From Sporopachydermia quercuum (taxonomy: Eukaryota), in contig BCGN01000010.1 in NCBI GenBank assembly GCA_001599295.1, positions 372,001 to 436,000 on the forward strand: DNA of 64,000 nt, given 5' to 3'. The notes beneath the pieces were generated by a model that was not told where the DNA came from, searched no databases, and worked only from the letters and a program-made list of their open reading frames with translations. Below, piece after piece: positions 1-13,598 of the stretch (position 1 is its first letter; every line of letters begins with the position of its first letter). The position numbers and the translations under genes are program-made.

Positions 1-40
1 GACAACAACATCTATACTGCATCTTAGTGAGCTAGTTCAT

Positions 41-541
41 CTATTTCTGCCTAATATTTTCACCTTCACCTTCTTTTGAGGCTGCCTCCTCTGTTTGCCC
101 TTCCTCCTCATCTAAATTTAATCCTAGTTCTTCAGCTCTCTTCTCCAGACGTAGTCTTCTAGCGATTCTTTCTTGTCTCATTCTTTCTAATTCAGCTTGA
201 ATCAGATGCTTTTCTTTGGGAATCTTGTTTAGCGTTTCGGGATCAGGCCAAAAACCTGCAACGTTGAATTTCTTGTCAGTGTCGATTCCCACATAGTACA
301 TCACAGCAATAGGTGTTGTTAGATAGAATGCGAACTACAATGATTAGTTATTATCGCTAATTTCATTAAAATACCAACAAAACAAACAGCAGGACTAATG
401 TATAGCTTATTATCTACTAGGAAAGCTCGCTTCCACTAATATCAATCTATTGCCCTATTTCCTTTTGTCCACCCTCTCACTACTTACTCTGAACACTTCC
501 AACTGCTGTCTGGTGATTTTACTGAAAAATCGAGAAAACAT
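41..541 (-). CDS. PET100: Cytochrome c oxidase assembly chaperone Pet100; 2 exons (541-488, 334-41), intron 487-335
   Basis: The spliced frame gives MFSRFFSKITRQQLEVFR|FAFYLTTPIAVMYYVG...FWPDPE..., matching the Pet100 LEVFxF..P..MYY/FWP pattern. Donor GTAAGT, branch AACTAAT, acceptor TAG. Confidence 0.9.
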
Positions 542-861
542 TTTCAACTCAAGTCGTCAATGTATCAATATCAAGTCCCACAAGTAAAATTTCTACCCAA
601 CCAGCTTCTATATACTTCCTATCCTTCAGATTATCATATCTCATGATCTCATGAGAACCTGCTCATCGTTTTCCTAACACCAGTAAGCAAGTTTCCTATC
701 CTTTTTACAGGCCACAAAAGGAAGCTTGTGATATTAGATGACCCTTTAAGGGAAATCCCGGGGGCCAGGTTGGAGATATGAATCTTATGTAGGGTGAGAT
801 GCGAAGGTATGACAAAAAAACACTTAAACATCTCCAGAATGCCCTCCGAGATTGGCTTCTT

Positions 862-884
862 TTCCAGAATGTTCAGGAAGGTTC
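862..884. promoter_or_regulatory. Perfect 5-unit heat shock element (Hsf1 site) upstream of the HSP42-like gene
   Basis: TTCcaGAAtgTTCagGAAggTTC is five contiguous inverted nGAAn units, ~650-750 bp upstream of a small-HSP gene. Confidence 0.85.
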
Positions 885-948
885 TTTTGTTTGAGGAATA
901 AATGATGAAGTTATCAGAAATACAGTACGGTGGTCACTAAGTGTGACA

Positions 949-994
949 TGAGTCAGGCGATTGCCACGGGATTTGTCAGGAGAACATATAGGGG
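949..994 (+). promoter_or_regulatory. AP-1/Gcn4-type site TGAGTCA (949-955) and STRE AGGGG (990-994)
   Basis: Exact motif matches next to the HSE. The motifs are short and function is inferred only. Confidence 0.45.
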
Positions 995-1537
995 AAGCGA
1001 TGAGGGAAANATAGAGAGAAAGAATGTAATAGAATTTCGGAAATTAAGGAGGAAAGAACGTAAAGAATTCTCTGCTTTGTTGCTAATTAATAATCAATTT
1101 CCACTCCGTTTGAATATCATTCAGATAATATCTAATATGTATCCTTGAAAATTCATTCACGGCTAATGACATCATAGGTAATGCGGAATTGGCGGGTTGT
1201 ATGACTATGACAAAGTTTGTCCCAACTAACCCCAGCTTTCACAAGCTCAACTTCACACACTTTCACAAGGACAAAGATTAATGTTTAAATACTCGACCTT
1301 CCGCTCTTTCTCTTATCAAAACAGTTTTTTTCTTACATTTGAGAAATTAAATTTGATTCATTGTTATATAATCTGTGGATCAATCAACAGGAACTTATCT
1401 GTCAAACACGACTTGTGACTCTACTGTTACTGTTCTATTACGATCGAAAATTCGATTACCTTGTGCTTATCTCCAATCTCTGACTATCTATCGATTGACG
1501 AATTAACGATAAGGTGTGAAAGACTAACCAAACTTAT

Positions 1538-3223
1538 ATGACGTATCATAACCAGTTAGACAATAGCAAAGTATATGAACCCAATCAATCTTATTATAAA
1601 GATTATTTTCAGTCAACTCAAGTTAAGATGTCTTACTACTATACAGGCAACCCAATACAGGAGATCTTAGAAGCTCTTACTGGTGGTGCCTCCGGTTCGG
1701 CTGATCAGAATCCTACAAACAGAAGATCTGGTCAAAGAGGTGGAAGACAATATCAAAGAGGGGCGTACGATAGTCCTTTTTACTATCAGTATGCTGATCC
1801 ATCTACTAGTAGAGGCAATCAAAGATACTCAAGAAGACCAGAGAGACCATTTGAAAGAGAATATTATACACCTGACGATAGTGATTATAGATATGCTAGG
1901 AGACCAACTGGCGGAAGGGGTTCTTATGGTAATCAACAAAGAGGACACGCTAGAAGACCTAACAGACCAGCAACAGAAACTTATGGACAAAGTGAAATTT
2001 CCCCTGAAGATCTTTTAAGATCATTATTTGGCCAAGGCGTTGATTCTGGTGCTTATCCTTATACTTTCTATCCTGACCAAGGAGAAGAAGATGAACCGGA
2101 AGATGGACAACAACAAGAAGAAGACGAAGNAGAGGAAGAAAATACTTCTACTACAACTAAAGGNCAACCGTTTGGGGACGAGAAGGAATCTGCCTCTGAG
2201 TTTGCTAGAGCTGCCTCTGAAGGATCAACCAAACCAACAGTCATTGAGCTAGGTAATGACCCAATGGATATCGATGAACATCTCAACAGTGAGGCAAGAC
2301 AAAAGCTCATGGAGGCAATTGGCAGGCGTTATGGTATTTTACCCGAACAGGTTTCATTTTCGCCTGACGAGAAACCTGAAGAAANAGAAGAAGAAGGAGA
2401 AACCGGCAAGGAACCTCGAGAAAAATCGGCATCTGCTCCATACAAATCCCTTAGTGATCTCTTAGATGCTATTGTCAGTGGATCAAAGCCTGCTCCAACT
2501 GTTGAAGAACCTGAGTCTGAAAATGAACATGCTGAGCCTTCTAAACCCACTTCGCAGTCCAACAGAGAGAAGCCATCGTCATCTCGTCCTCCTTTGCCAA
2601 AGAAAAAGTCCTCTCTATCTTCTTTCAAAGTACCTACAGCACCTATTTCGAGAATTCAAGTATCATCGCCTAATGTTGCTAAATCATCTGGCATTTTTGC
2701 TCCTCCTTTAGACGTCTATGACGTCTCATCTGCTTATATTATTAGAGCTTCTGTTCCAGGTGCTTCTGCTTCATCTTTTGAACTTGATTTCCATCCTGTT
2801 AACAACGAGTTGCTTATTTCAGGATCTCTATCACCTCGAAAGTTCTTCTATCCTGTTCCTGAAAGCGAAACCAAAGATGTTGAGCCTGTTATTAGAGAAC
2901 ATAAGGTTGGAAGGTTTGAAAGNACTGTTAGGTTCCCAGTTTTACCTCGAATTGACGACGAAAACATCAAAGCCAAATACATTGATGGCTTATTGGAAAT
3001 ATATGTACCTAAAGTTCTCAGCGAATCAGAAAAGCCCAAGCGGAAGATTGTTATAAGTGAAATAGCTCCAGAAGATGTCGAGGAAAAAAAAGAAGGAAAC
3101 GACAAAAGTTGGAATGATTATTTAGATGCTTCTACATCCGAAGAAGGAGAATCCCTGAAACGTCTTAAGACCCCTGTTTTGGAGGAAGTAGAAGATGATC
3201 ATCCTGATGAGTCATTACCCTAA
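1538..3223 (+). CDS. HSP42: Hsp42-type small heat shock protein (prion-like N-terminus, alpha-crystallin domain); true start may be ATG 1628
   Basis: HSP20 domain motifs PPLDVYD...ASVPGA...ELLISG...REHKVGRFE.TVRFPVLP.ID..NIKAKY.DGLLEIYVPK, a Y/Q/G/R-rich N-terminal region and an upstream HSE. Confidence 0.88.
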   Translation: MTYHNQLDNSKVYEPNQSYYKDYFQSTQVKMSYYYTGNPIQEILEALTGGASGSADQNPTNRRSGQRGGRQYQRGAYDSPFYYQYADPSTSRGNQRYSRRPERPFEREYYTPDDSDYRYARRPTGGRGSYGNQQRGHARRPNRPATETYGQSEISPEDLLRSLFGQGVDSGAYPYTFYPDQGEEDEPEDGQQQEEDEXEEENTSTTTKXQPFGDEKESASEFARAASEGSTKPTVIELGNDPMDIDEHLNSEARQKLMEAIGRRYGILPEQVSFSPDEKPEEXEEEGETGKEPREKSASAPYKSLSDLLDAIVSGSKPAPTVEEPESENEHAEPSKPTSQSNREKPSSSRPPLPKKKSSLSSFKVPTAPISRIQVSSPNVAKSSGIFAPPLDVYDVSSAYIIRASVPGASASSFELDFHPVNNELLISGSLSPRKFFYPVPESETKDVEPVIREHKVGRFEXTVRFPVLPRIDDENIKAKYIDGLLEIYVPKVLSESEKPKRKIVISEIAPEDVEEKKEGNDKSWNDYLDASTSEEGESLKRLKTPVLEEVEDDHPDESLP

Positions 3224-3915
3224 GTGACAAGAAGGATATTAAATGATAGCTTNGTCATTGTAGGAGCTGTTGAAGATACAAGTAGACAACTACCTTACTT
3301 CATTTGATATATATTACTATTTATTACCTTTAACAATTATACTAAACCTGCAATATAATAAATATCTGACAGTTGTACTAATATTTGAAGATATGTAGAG
3401 GCATGCATATAATATACAGCATCGTATTTATTATACATTTAAGTATATCCTTATGTGTATATGTGTATGTGTCGATGTATTGAATGATTGCGCTTTGCTA
3501 AAAATCACTATATTCTATTATATTGCTCTAAATACATATCTATCATCATCTATTCAACTATAACTCATAAAGCAGACGAGTTTTCACGCATTTAATATAC
3601 TGTATGTATTTCTAGTATCCGAAACAGTACTATACGTAGCCAATCAACAATGCCTGTGTAGCATATTTGTAACCTATCTATACCATCAAGTAATCTATTA
3701 TCAGTCCTAACAGCCTCTTCTCCACTTTCTAAGCTCTTTAAAGGCTCCTTATGCTATCTAAATCATCACTCCAACATTCATATTCTCTACAGTTCTCAGA
3801 ACCCCTATTTCATCATCAAAACACTTCTAAAAATTTTCCCAATGAACCTGAAAATTACTAAGGATATCCTTTGGCATACAAACACAAAATTCATGACAAC
3901 TTGTCTGCTCCATTC

Positions 3916-5634
3916 TCATTTCTTATGTCCTACTTTAGTAGCACCTTTACCATCAAATCCCATATCAGCATACTGTCCTTCTTTGATAATCAATTTACAG
4001 AGCTTTGGTAAAAGTTCCACTTGGAATGGACCTTTGGGAAACAATTCTCCATCAACAGAGAGAAACTGATTATCAGAAATTGGCTCTAATCGCAAGCCTG
4101 AGATTTTGGTATAATCTACAGCATCCATAGAGAAATGCTTACCTTGATCGATCTTGGTGAACATAGATAGCACATTTACCAATGATGTTTTGGTTGAAAT
4201 AACAATCAGATCCATATTTCCATCATCAGGTAAAGCAGCAGGGAAAAACAGAGCATCGCCAGATACCCATGGCATTTTGCCGATATAAATCAAGCCTGCG
4301 GTTTCTGCTACAGCTGGGTTGATTTGTTTCCAATCTTCAGGAAGATCATGGGCCAAATCAGGGTATTGAAGCAGAGATTCGATATATGAAGCAAAGCTTT
4401 CAGGGTTGCTATCATTAGTAGGTGTTGACGAAACAGGAGACAAGGGAATTTCTCCTTGACGATTTGCATGTTCTTCGAACACTTGCAATGTTTTTTCCTT
4501 ATTATCGGCTACATATTTAACCCATACTCTACACGGGTACTGAGTTTTACTAAGAACTCTCATTAGGACCCCAAGCTCAAACCTTTTGCCTCCTAAAAAC
4601 CGGAGATTATCTGTAGATACTTCCGAGTCTGCTACCATGCCAAAATTCTGCGTGAGAAATGATAGACTGATCTTCTGATCTTCGCCAGTTCCTTGTCGAA
4701 TGGCCATAAGATCTACTGGCGTAGAGATACCTTTGAGAATGTTCAAAGCAGCCACTGAAGGATTGGATGTATGATTGCACGTAACAGACATAGCGTTGCC
4801 TGAACCACCGGGTATTTGAGCAAAAGATACTCGTTGNAAGATCTGCTTAGCGTCAGCTCGTTGGGCTACACCGTTGATGATCTCGTGAGGAATACCATCA
4901 CCAGAAGCGGAGACAATTATATCGTAGTCTAGAAGATTGTTCTTAGAGTCTTTAGCAAAATCGTAGGCATGTCGATAGTACTTGGTTGTTTCAACCGTGA
5001 TCTTGCAATGGGCGGCTTCAAATAGAGGAAGACATTTTGAATGGAATAGCTTTCCTGCAGTGAATTTACCTCCATGGGGGTTAACCAATACCAATATTTG
5101 TTTCCCAGGTTTGGTTCCTTTATAGCTCCGATTAAGAATCAAATCCACCATATCTTGAACAGATGTGAAAGGAGAATTTGCATCTATTAACGGTAGAGCC
5201 ACACATACTGATTTAGGCTTCAAATGAGCTGATTCAGGAATGTTATTGTTATAAGGAGCATAGCTTGATTTGTTCTTGCTGGGATATTTTGATTTAGGGC
5301 AAAACGCAAAAGTGATCATTATTTCAGCTCTTGATTCATCTTGAGTTGTTTCTGGATGTGGCTGGGGATGTATTCCTGGTATCTCTTCAATGAACTGTTC
5401 AGCATAAAGAATAGATTCATAGGAAATGAAGAATGATGAGGTTAAGGTATGATCGTCAGTATCGTCAGAACAAAGACAACTAGTTAAACCAGAAAAGGAA
5501 GAAGACGATTTTTGAGCTGAATGGTTCCCATCACGTTCGTTGATGAGATCTACAACTGCCTGCTGGGTGGCCCTCAATTCGATTCCTGTGTTACACAGTT
5601 TCGCGTTGATTGGCTGTAGACGTGATCTGAGCAT
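3916..5634 (-). CDS. LCB4: Sphingoid long-chain base kinase (Lcb4/Lcb5 family)
   Basis: DAGK-like motifs LVNPHGGK, SGDGIPHEIING, IPGGSGNAM, LRFLGGKRF, FFPAALPDDGNMDL, SVDGE. Confidence 0.92.
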   Translation of the reverse strand: MLRSRLQPINAKLCNTGIELRATQQAVVDLINERDGNHSAQKSSSSFSGLTSCLCSDDTDDHTLTSSFFISYESILYAEQFIEEIPGIHPQPHPETTQDESRAEIMITFAFCPKSKYPSKNKSSYAPYNNNIPESAHLKPKSVCVALPLIDANSPFTSVQDMVDLILNRSYKGTKPGKQILVLVNPHGGKFTAGKLFHSKCLPLFEAAHCKITVETTKYYRHAYDFAKDSKNNLLDYDIIVSASGDGIPHEIINGVAQRADAKQIXQRVSFAQIPGGSGNAMSVTCNHTSNPSVAALNILKGISTPVDLMAIRQGTGEDQKISLSFLTQNFGMVADSEVSTDNLRFLGGKRFELGVLMRVLSKTQYPCRVWVKYVADNKEKTLQVFEEHANRQGEIPLSPVSSTPTNDSNPESFASYIESLLQYPDLAHDLPEDWKQINPAVAETAGLIYIGKMPWVSGDALFFPAALPDDGNMDLIVISTKTSLVNVLSMFTKIDQGKHFSMDAVDYTKISGLRLEPISDNQFLSVDGELFPKGPFQVELLPKLCKLIIKEGQYADMGFDGKGATKVGHKK

Positions 5635-6294
5635 ATTGATAGATATAAGACAAAATTATTCCGTCAGAGATTGAAGTTTTCTTCAGTTACTTCCNGTGAA
5701 GGATCTTATATTACAAGAGATTTCTATTGATTTCTATTCTTATCCTTAACGTTGAAAGCAAACCTCTATGGATAGTCTTTCTGTGCTCGATAACAACTTA
5801 TAGATAACAAAGACAATTGAATGAATAGCAAGATAGTTGATCAGTTTTTCTATAATAATGAATGGGAAACTCGATCACTGAACATTGAAGCCATGATAAC
5901 TTCTTGTTCTGTATTTATGGTAGCAAAAGCTCTAATATTTCATCAAAAGTCTATCAGAAGTCCTATCATTATCTCCAGCCAAGAGATCACCAGAATGNCC
6001 TTTCAGGCTCGCGATTTTACCGAGAGCGCAAAAGATGAACCTGGACTGTCCAATTAAAGGGGGATTATTTGCCCCACAGGTTCAAAGATATCTCACGAGA
6101 AGATAACGGTCATACAATCAAAAGACACCCTCTAATGAGACAAGAATAGCATGTTCTTTTCCCCCAAATAAGACAGAACGTGAACTCAATTAAGTTCATG
6201 ACAAATAACGAACATCAAGGATTTGGGGGCATCACACAAGACGTTAAGANTCAGAAATACCGGTTTGGGAGATAAAGTTTCCAATCACTCAACT

Positions 6295-6302
6295 TCACGT
6301 GA
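6295..6302. promoter_or_regulatory. Cbf1 site TCACGTGA in the MET3 upstream region
   Basis: Exact palindrome ~750 bp upstream of MET3. Cbf1 is the known regulator of yeast sulfur genes. A Met31/32-like core ACTGTGG lies at 6766-6772. Confidence 0.6.
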
Positions 6303-7035
6303 TAATTGCTAATGAAGATTGAAACTTAATTCACATTTTTCCACTTTTTACTATGCTAAAGTGAAAAATTTCATCGTCAATGATCTAAGGACCGTTGAGA
6401 ATAGGAATAAATATTAATAGCTATAGGAGATATTTTCATTATAACGCCGAGCAAACATTTTAATTAAGTACAGGGACTACAANTATAGCTTTAAATCGTT
6501 AAGGTTTGCTGTATTTTACGTAGAAAATGTAGTAGTTATCCACCGTAATCTTCCATTGCTCCATACCTAACGGTCCATCGTGGATTATCATAGTAAGAAC
6601 ACTAAGACGTACTATAAAAATAACGTATTTTTTCTAGGAAATTTGCTGCTGAGACAGGGGTTGAACCATTATTAAATGCAATTATCAAATTTTCAATTTC
6701 ATAGCCTCTCTAGTAGAATTTTTAGTTGAAAAATTGACTAAATCTCATATGCACTCACCATCCTTACTGTGGAGAACAGTATATATTGATGATCATCTGC
6801 TGTACATAATAAGTTGATTACTTATTCAAGGTTCCGCCTTTTTATTTTAATACTTTTCCTTTCTCTTCTTTCCTTTTTTCTTTTCTTCTTATTGTTTGTT
6901 ATTTTTTATTATCTGATTATATACTATCATATTCCCATTTGTCAGTGAATATTATTCATATAGTGACAACAGCTGTAGTTATCATCATAGGACATTGATT
7001 GATAATTCAATTTACCTTTATTTCCAGATAATTAA

Positions 7036-8694
<1,659 letters not shown>

Positions 8695-9466
8695 GCAATA
8701 TAATTAAATTGTATTTAGATTGTATTTAATTAAAATTACGCCTCACGGTTTAGATGTTTCCTTTAATGATTTATGTTTGCTGTAGCATAAATGATATTTT
8801 ATTGTATGAGATAGAGGAAATGGTAAAATATGAGGGTAAATGGGTAAAGTGCTGTTTGATAGCTTAAGAATTCTGATTAACAAGACAATTAAAAATAATG
8901 CTGCCAGTTCTAAGAAAATCTATAAAAGAACATATACATTTAGCGGTAGAGATCTTAGATACCAAAACTTCTGTCTAATAGTAACTTTCTTTATAATAAT
9001 AAAAATTAATATAGATCAATATATAACAATGTATAATAATATATAATCATATACAATCATATATAATAAACTTATTATAATATAACTATATATTATTAAT
9101 AGAAAAATGGCACCGCTATCTACTAAAAACACAGTACTTTGCTAATATAATGAATATAATAGAATGAGCTGTGCACTCTGCTCAACGATATATCTATATA
9201 AAACATTATAATTGCCACATTATATATAGTCATATATATAGGAAGTATTATTATAATGTAACTTAATATAATACAATAATTTACTGCCATACTATTTGTG
9301 TGTTTCTGGCACCTGTTGTATGAAAGATAAGCATTGGATAGATAAGCGGGGAAATGGAGGAATTTAGTATTTTGAATCTTATATCTGTTTTATTCAAACT
9401 TATACAACGTCTACATGGATAAGCTCAGTTCTATAGACCTTAGAGACCTTTTTACCATCCACCGGT

Positions 9467-10942
9467 CTATAGCTTTTCAAACCTGCTATGAAAATTCCTT
9501 AAGAACAACTTGCCTGCCTCTTTTCCATCTTTAGCCTTAGGATTTACTTCAACGCTGATCTCGACCACCTTCTCACTCTTTTCTCCGTTTCCTGAATCCA
9601 ATCTCTTGCCAGCAATGAAATCAACAACATCATAGCTATTGGCCGACCCAATAACTTTCTTAGGCAATTGGAAGCTAACACTGAATTTATCTCCTTTAGG
9701 AGCTCTTGGTTTGATCAAGTCTTCAAACACAGGATCATACAGTACAGAAGGGCTATGATAGTTAAGCTGGCGATAGGTGATTCTAGTAGCTTCATCAATC
9801 AATGAGGATAAAGCTTTTGCAACTGAGACTTGTTTGGAACTTGCTTCTGCCTTGATTACATCATAAGAGACAAAATCTTCTAAAATGATCTTCTCTATAA
9901 TCTTTGGTGCAGTCTTTGATGCTTTATCGCTGCTTGAGTCTGCACTGGCACTCGATCCGCTTTCAGCACCAGCCCCAGAAGCAGCTGGTTTCAATTCTAT
10001 ATGAGACAAATCAAGATGATCCTTTGATTGAATAAAACGAGCAACTTTCAATACTGAGTCTTCTTTGATTTTACCTAAGTATGATAAGACGTCACCTTTC
10101 AATAATCTTCCTCTAGGACCAGTAGCTTGGATTTTAGCTAAGGCATCTTCGGTAGAAATGCCATTTTCATGAATCAGAGAAGCGACTGAGGGTGATAATG
10201 TTTGCTTAGGGTCAGCAGGCTTAGGATACACTTCTGGTTCAGCAGGAGACGATTCTGAGCTTGGTTTGGAGGCCGGAGCAGGAGCCGGAGTAGGGGTAGG
10301 GGCTGATTTTGTTTCAGGTTTTGATTCCTTCACATCTGCATGCTTTTCAGTCTTTTCAGGNTTTTCAGCTGCTGGGGCTGCTGGTGCCGCTTCTTCAATC
10401 CTTGGAAGTTCTAAACTATTGATATCATCACCAGGTTCAGCCAAAATACCAATGGGAGATCCAACAGGTATATTCTTTTCTCCGTTCTCCTTCAAAATCT
10501 TGACAAGAATCCCATCATCGTCAGCCTCAACATCAATTTGAGCTTTATCAGTTTCAATTTCAATCAGAACGTCACCAGCACTATAGGGATCACCTGGCTT
10601 GAACTTCCATTCAACAATGCCACCTTCAGTCATAGTAGGGGACATAGCAGGCATGCCAAAGAGCTTAGCAGCTCGTGAGGTAGAAGTCTGGTGGAATCCT
10701 AGAAAGTAGTTAGTATTTGATTTTACTAAAGGAAATCAATGATGGAATTACAAGAATATCGAAAGGACAAACGTATGCATTATGTAGTTCATAATACAAT
10801 CGGTAGAACACCTAGTTATTCTATCCTCGATTTCATCATTATTCATAGAAATAAAAGACATGTTCTTACCTCTTAAACCTTTGCTGGCCATGATTATNGA
10901 GTTTCTGCACACTCTGTTTGAAACTCGGAGTAAACTCGACAT
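9467..10942 (-). CDS. PDX1: Pyruvate dehydrogenase E3-binding protein (protein X); 2 exons (10942-10870, 10698-9467), intron 10869-10699
   Basis: Lipoyl domain MPAMSPTM...IETDKA and subunit-binding motif ATGPRGRLLKGDVL, with no E2 catalytic domain. The spliced exon 1 supplies a mitochondrial presequence (MSSLLRVSNRVCR...). Splice signals GTAAGA/TACTAAC/TAG keep the frame. Confidence 0.92.
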
Positions 10943-12239
10943 ATCGTTTGCTTTGCTAAGTACTATTTGATGCTTTATATATATGAGATAGATATAGTAT
11001 ATACTACTAGGTGCTGTGATTGTCCTCGTATCAAGTAAATAAAACAGCAATTGAGCACAATCAAATAACCAAACCAATCAATTAATAACTAAATAACTTT
11101 CTGAATGCTTTGAATGCTTGAATTTGACAAAACTGTGATATGTAATGTCTTGATTTCCAATGTATTCTATTCCTTTGCTTAGTCCTTATTACAGTCGTAC
11201 AACAAGGGTGTCGATAACAGTACAATAGCACAACAGAAGATTCAACTAGACACCTTTCTTGTCAAGATTATCCAAAGAAAAATGTAAATCGAAGTCTTTC
11301 AATGAAATAAACGAGCCTACACCAAACAGTTTCTACCATAACAACAAATTCATTGTAAAAAATAACCGTGATAGAGAGTAATAGCTAGTAGTTGCAATAC
11401 TANCAGNTGAGAAGAACAAGGTTGAGTCTCGGGTAAATGCAGTAAGAAGCATGCAGAAAGTTTGTGAGCCAAAATCATGCGAAAGTGTCTCCTTACTTTG
11501 GAACTTAAATTATCTTTGAAAGCTAATATGCAACCTTTNTATGTACATGTGAATAAATAAAAAGANAGTTTATGCAGAATGTATGCAGTATCAGAAGCNA
11601 TGCATGATGAGAAGAAGATGATTATGTGGGGGGAGTATGCAAGATGTAAGTGCAGAGATTTATGATGGATTGTGAGTGAAAAAAGTAAAAAAAAAAAAAA
11701 GAGGAAAAAAGAACGATAATAGATAGGAAAAGAGTTATAGATTGGAATTTCGAAGAAGACGTTTAATTATGGTAAAGGCATGATTCGCTAGAGTGAAGAA
11801 GGTAATTTGGCATGTCTCATGAATTCAGAACGTACAAAAGATTGCTGGACACGATATCCAGTCAGTCTCATGCGTTTGGGAGGAGAAATGCTAACCTCGA
11901 AATGGGCAATTTATAAATTGCTCAGGAAAACTATGACAGATTTGACTGGAGCAGCTTTCAATATTCAAATAATATGAGAATTATATCAACTCAATTCAGA
12001 TTTTCCTGTAGTAAGTCGCCAAATATCCGATCTTTCGTGTTCCTACAAACCTTATATTCACTTCACGTCTTCGAGTGAAAATTTCGGAAACTATATGAGA
12101 AATCGGAAACTCTATGCTTATCCATTATTTATTTATTGATTACATCATACGATATCCATCTCCATCTCAGCTTACAAGAATCAATTCTTTATCATTTCTG
12201 TTCATGATCATTATTAGCAGGTCGATATTTCCTTGATAA

Positions 12240-13598
12240 TCACTTTCTTGCTTGAGATATTCCACTTGTTGTGCTTAACGCACCGATAACGGTATCAATA
12301 CTATCAGCTCTTTCATGCCTCGAGAGTTTACTAATGCCGCTGAAACTTTCCTCATCGTTTCCGCTTTTTCTCCGAAGCCTCATGTTTCCACTGGCCGGGG
12401 AAGAATTCATTTGCACAGGATCTGCAGAAATAAAATTTCTGGTGCTATCTTTTCTTCGTCGTTGAGATGGTTTCTTCTTTTTTTCCCGTTCGGTTCCCTT
12501 TCTCTCAGGGTCTTTCCTCCTAGCCTTACTGCTAACTCCACCATTGTTTCCATCAGCATTACTGCCATCAATATCAAATCTCTCCTGTTTTTTCTTATTC
12601 CATATCGTATAAAACATCCTTTTCCTCCGTAGATTCTCAAAATACCAGTACTCAGCTCTATACAGCTCCCAAGCCTCTCTAATATCAGTAGAAAAGCTCC
12701 ATGAGCCTAAAACCAGCTTAACTGTTTCACCACCAGGCAGAAACTGCCGAGCTGTATAACTATTCAGTTTATCTTTTTTACTAACATAAAACAACTTCCA
12801 CAGCACATTAACCGATATGTATACCCATATCCAGTATGCATATGAATCTATCTTTCTTTTCATTCCATGAATAAATGAATTAGAATGGTGATCATCATTA
12901 GCATCATTAGGACTATTGGTTGCTGCTTCAGGCAGATATTCCTCATCTAATCCTTTCACCTTCATAAGCCTTAGATTGAATTGTCTCAATCCTTTATTCG
13001 TGTGGAGCAGAAATTTCCTTGGGTAAACAACTGTTTTAGAATACTCGCCTGTCATATAGAACAATGCTATAGAGATCAAACAGAGCATCATCAGTAGTTT
13101 CATTAGAAGTCGGCGATAATATGATGGCGGCCTATATGGCGAATTTATACCGAGTTGTGAATTGATATTACCGTCATTATTGTCAATATTGTCGATAATG
13201 CCTTGTTCTAAGTCACCTGTTATGCCCGAATCAATATTAGGTTTGCCCCAGTTATCAACAAACAGTAGATAGAACAGAACCAGCGCCAGACTGACCATCG
13301 ACGTTAAAAAACCTGTGAATTTTCGTTTCAGATTCGTTTGAGCTATATATTCTTGTTCCAGCGTTTGCTCCATCGTTAAAACGTTCTTGAAAATGGTACT
13401 TGCAGAGTATGTAGTTAGTTGGTCTACCGCTACTTCGTCATTGGCTATGCTGAGCTGGCTGAGCCCTGGTCGCTCTTTCAGCTTGTCAAGAGCTTGTGTA
13501 TTCATCTTTCGGGTTTGGATCTGATTTGAGATCGATTGAAAATCGCCGGTGAGTTTTGGTGGTGAAATGAATAATTCCTTGGTTGATTGCTTGCTCAT
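12240..13598 (-). CDS. SPO7: Spo7, regulatory subunit of the Nem1-Spo7 phosphatase
   Basis: IFKNVL..EQTL...Y...KRKFT.FL, two hydrophobic segments, YPRKFL..TNKGLRQFNLRL and FS.DIREAWELYR.EYW motifs. First ATG at 13598. Confidence 0.85.
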   Translation of the reverse strand: MSKQSTKELFISPPKLTGDFQSISNQIQTRKMNTQALDKLKERPGLSQLSIANDEVAVDQLTTYSASTIFKNVLTMEQTLEQEYIAQTNLKRKFTGFLTSMVSLALVLFYLLFVDNWGKPNIDSGITGDLEQGIIDNIDNNDGNINSQLGINSPYRPPSYYRRLLMKLLMMLCLISIALFYMTGEYSKTVVYPRKFLLHTNKGLRQFNLRLMKVKGLDEEYLPEAATNSPNDANDDHHSNSFIHGMKRKIDSYAYWIWVYISVNVLWKLFYVSKKDKLNSYTARQFLPGGETVKLVLGSWSFSTDIREAWELYRAEYWYFENLRRKRMFYTIWNKKKQERFDIDGSNADGNNGGVSSKARRKDPERKGTEREKKKKPSQRRRKDSTRNFISADPVQMNSSPASGNMRLRRKSGNDEESFSGISKLSRHERADSIDTVIGALSTTSGISQARK

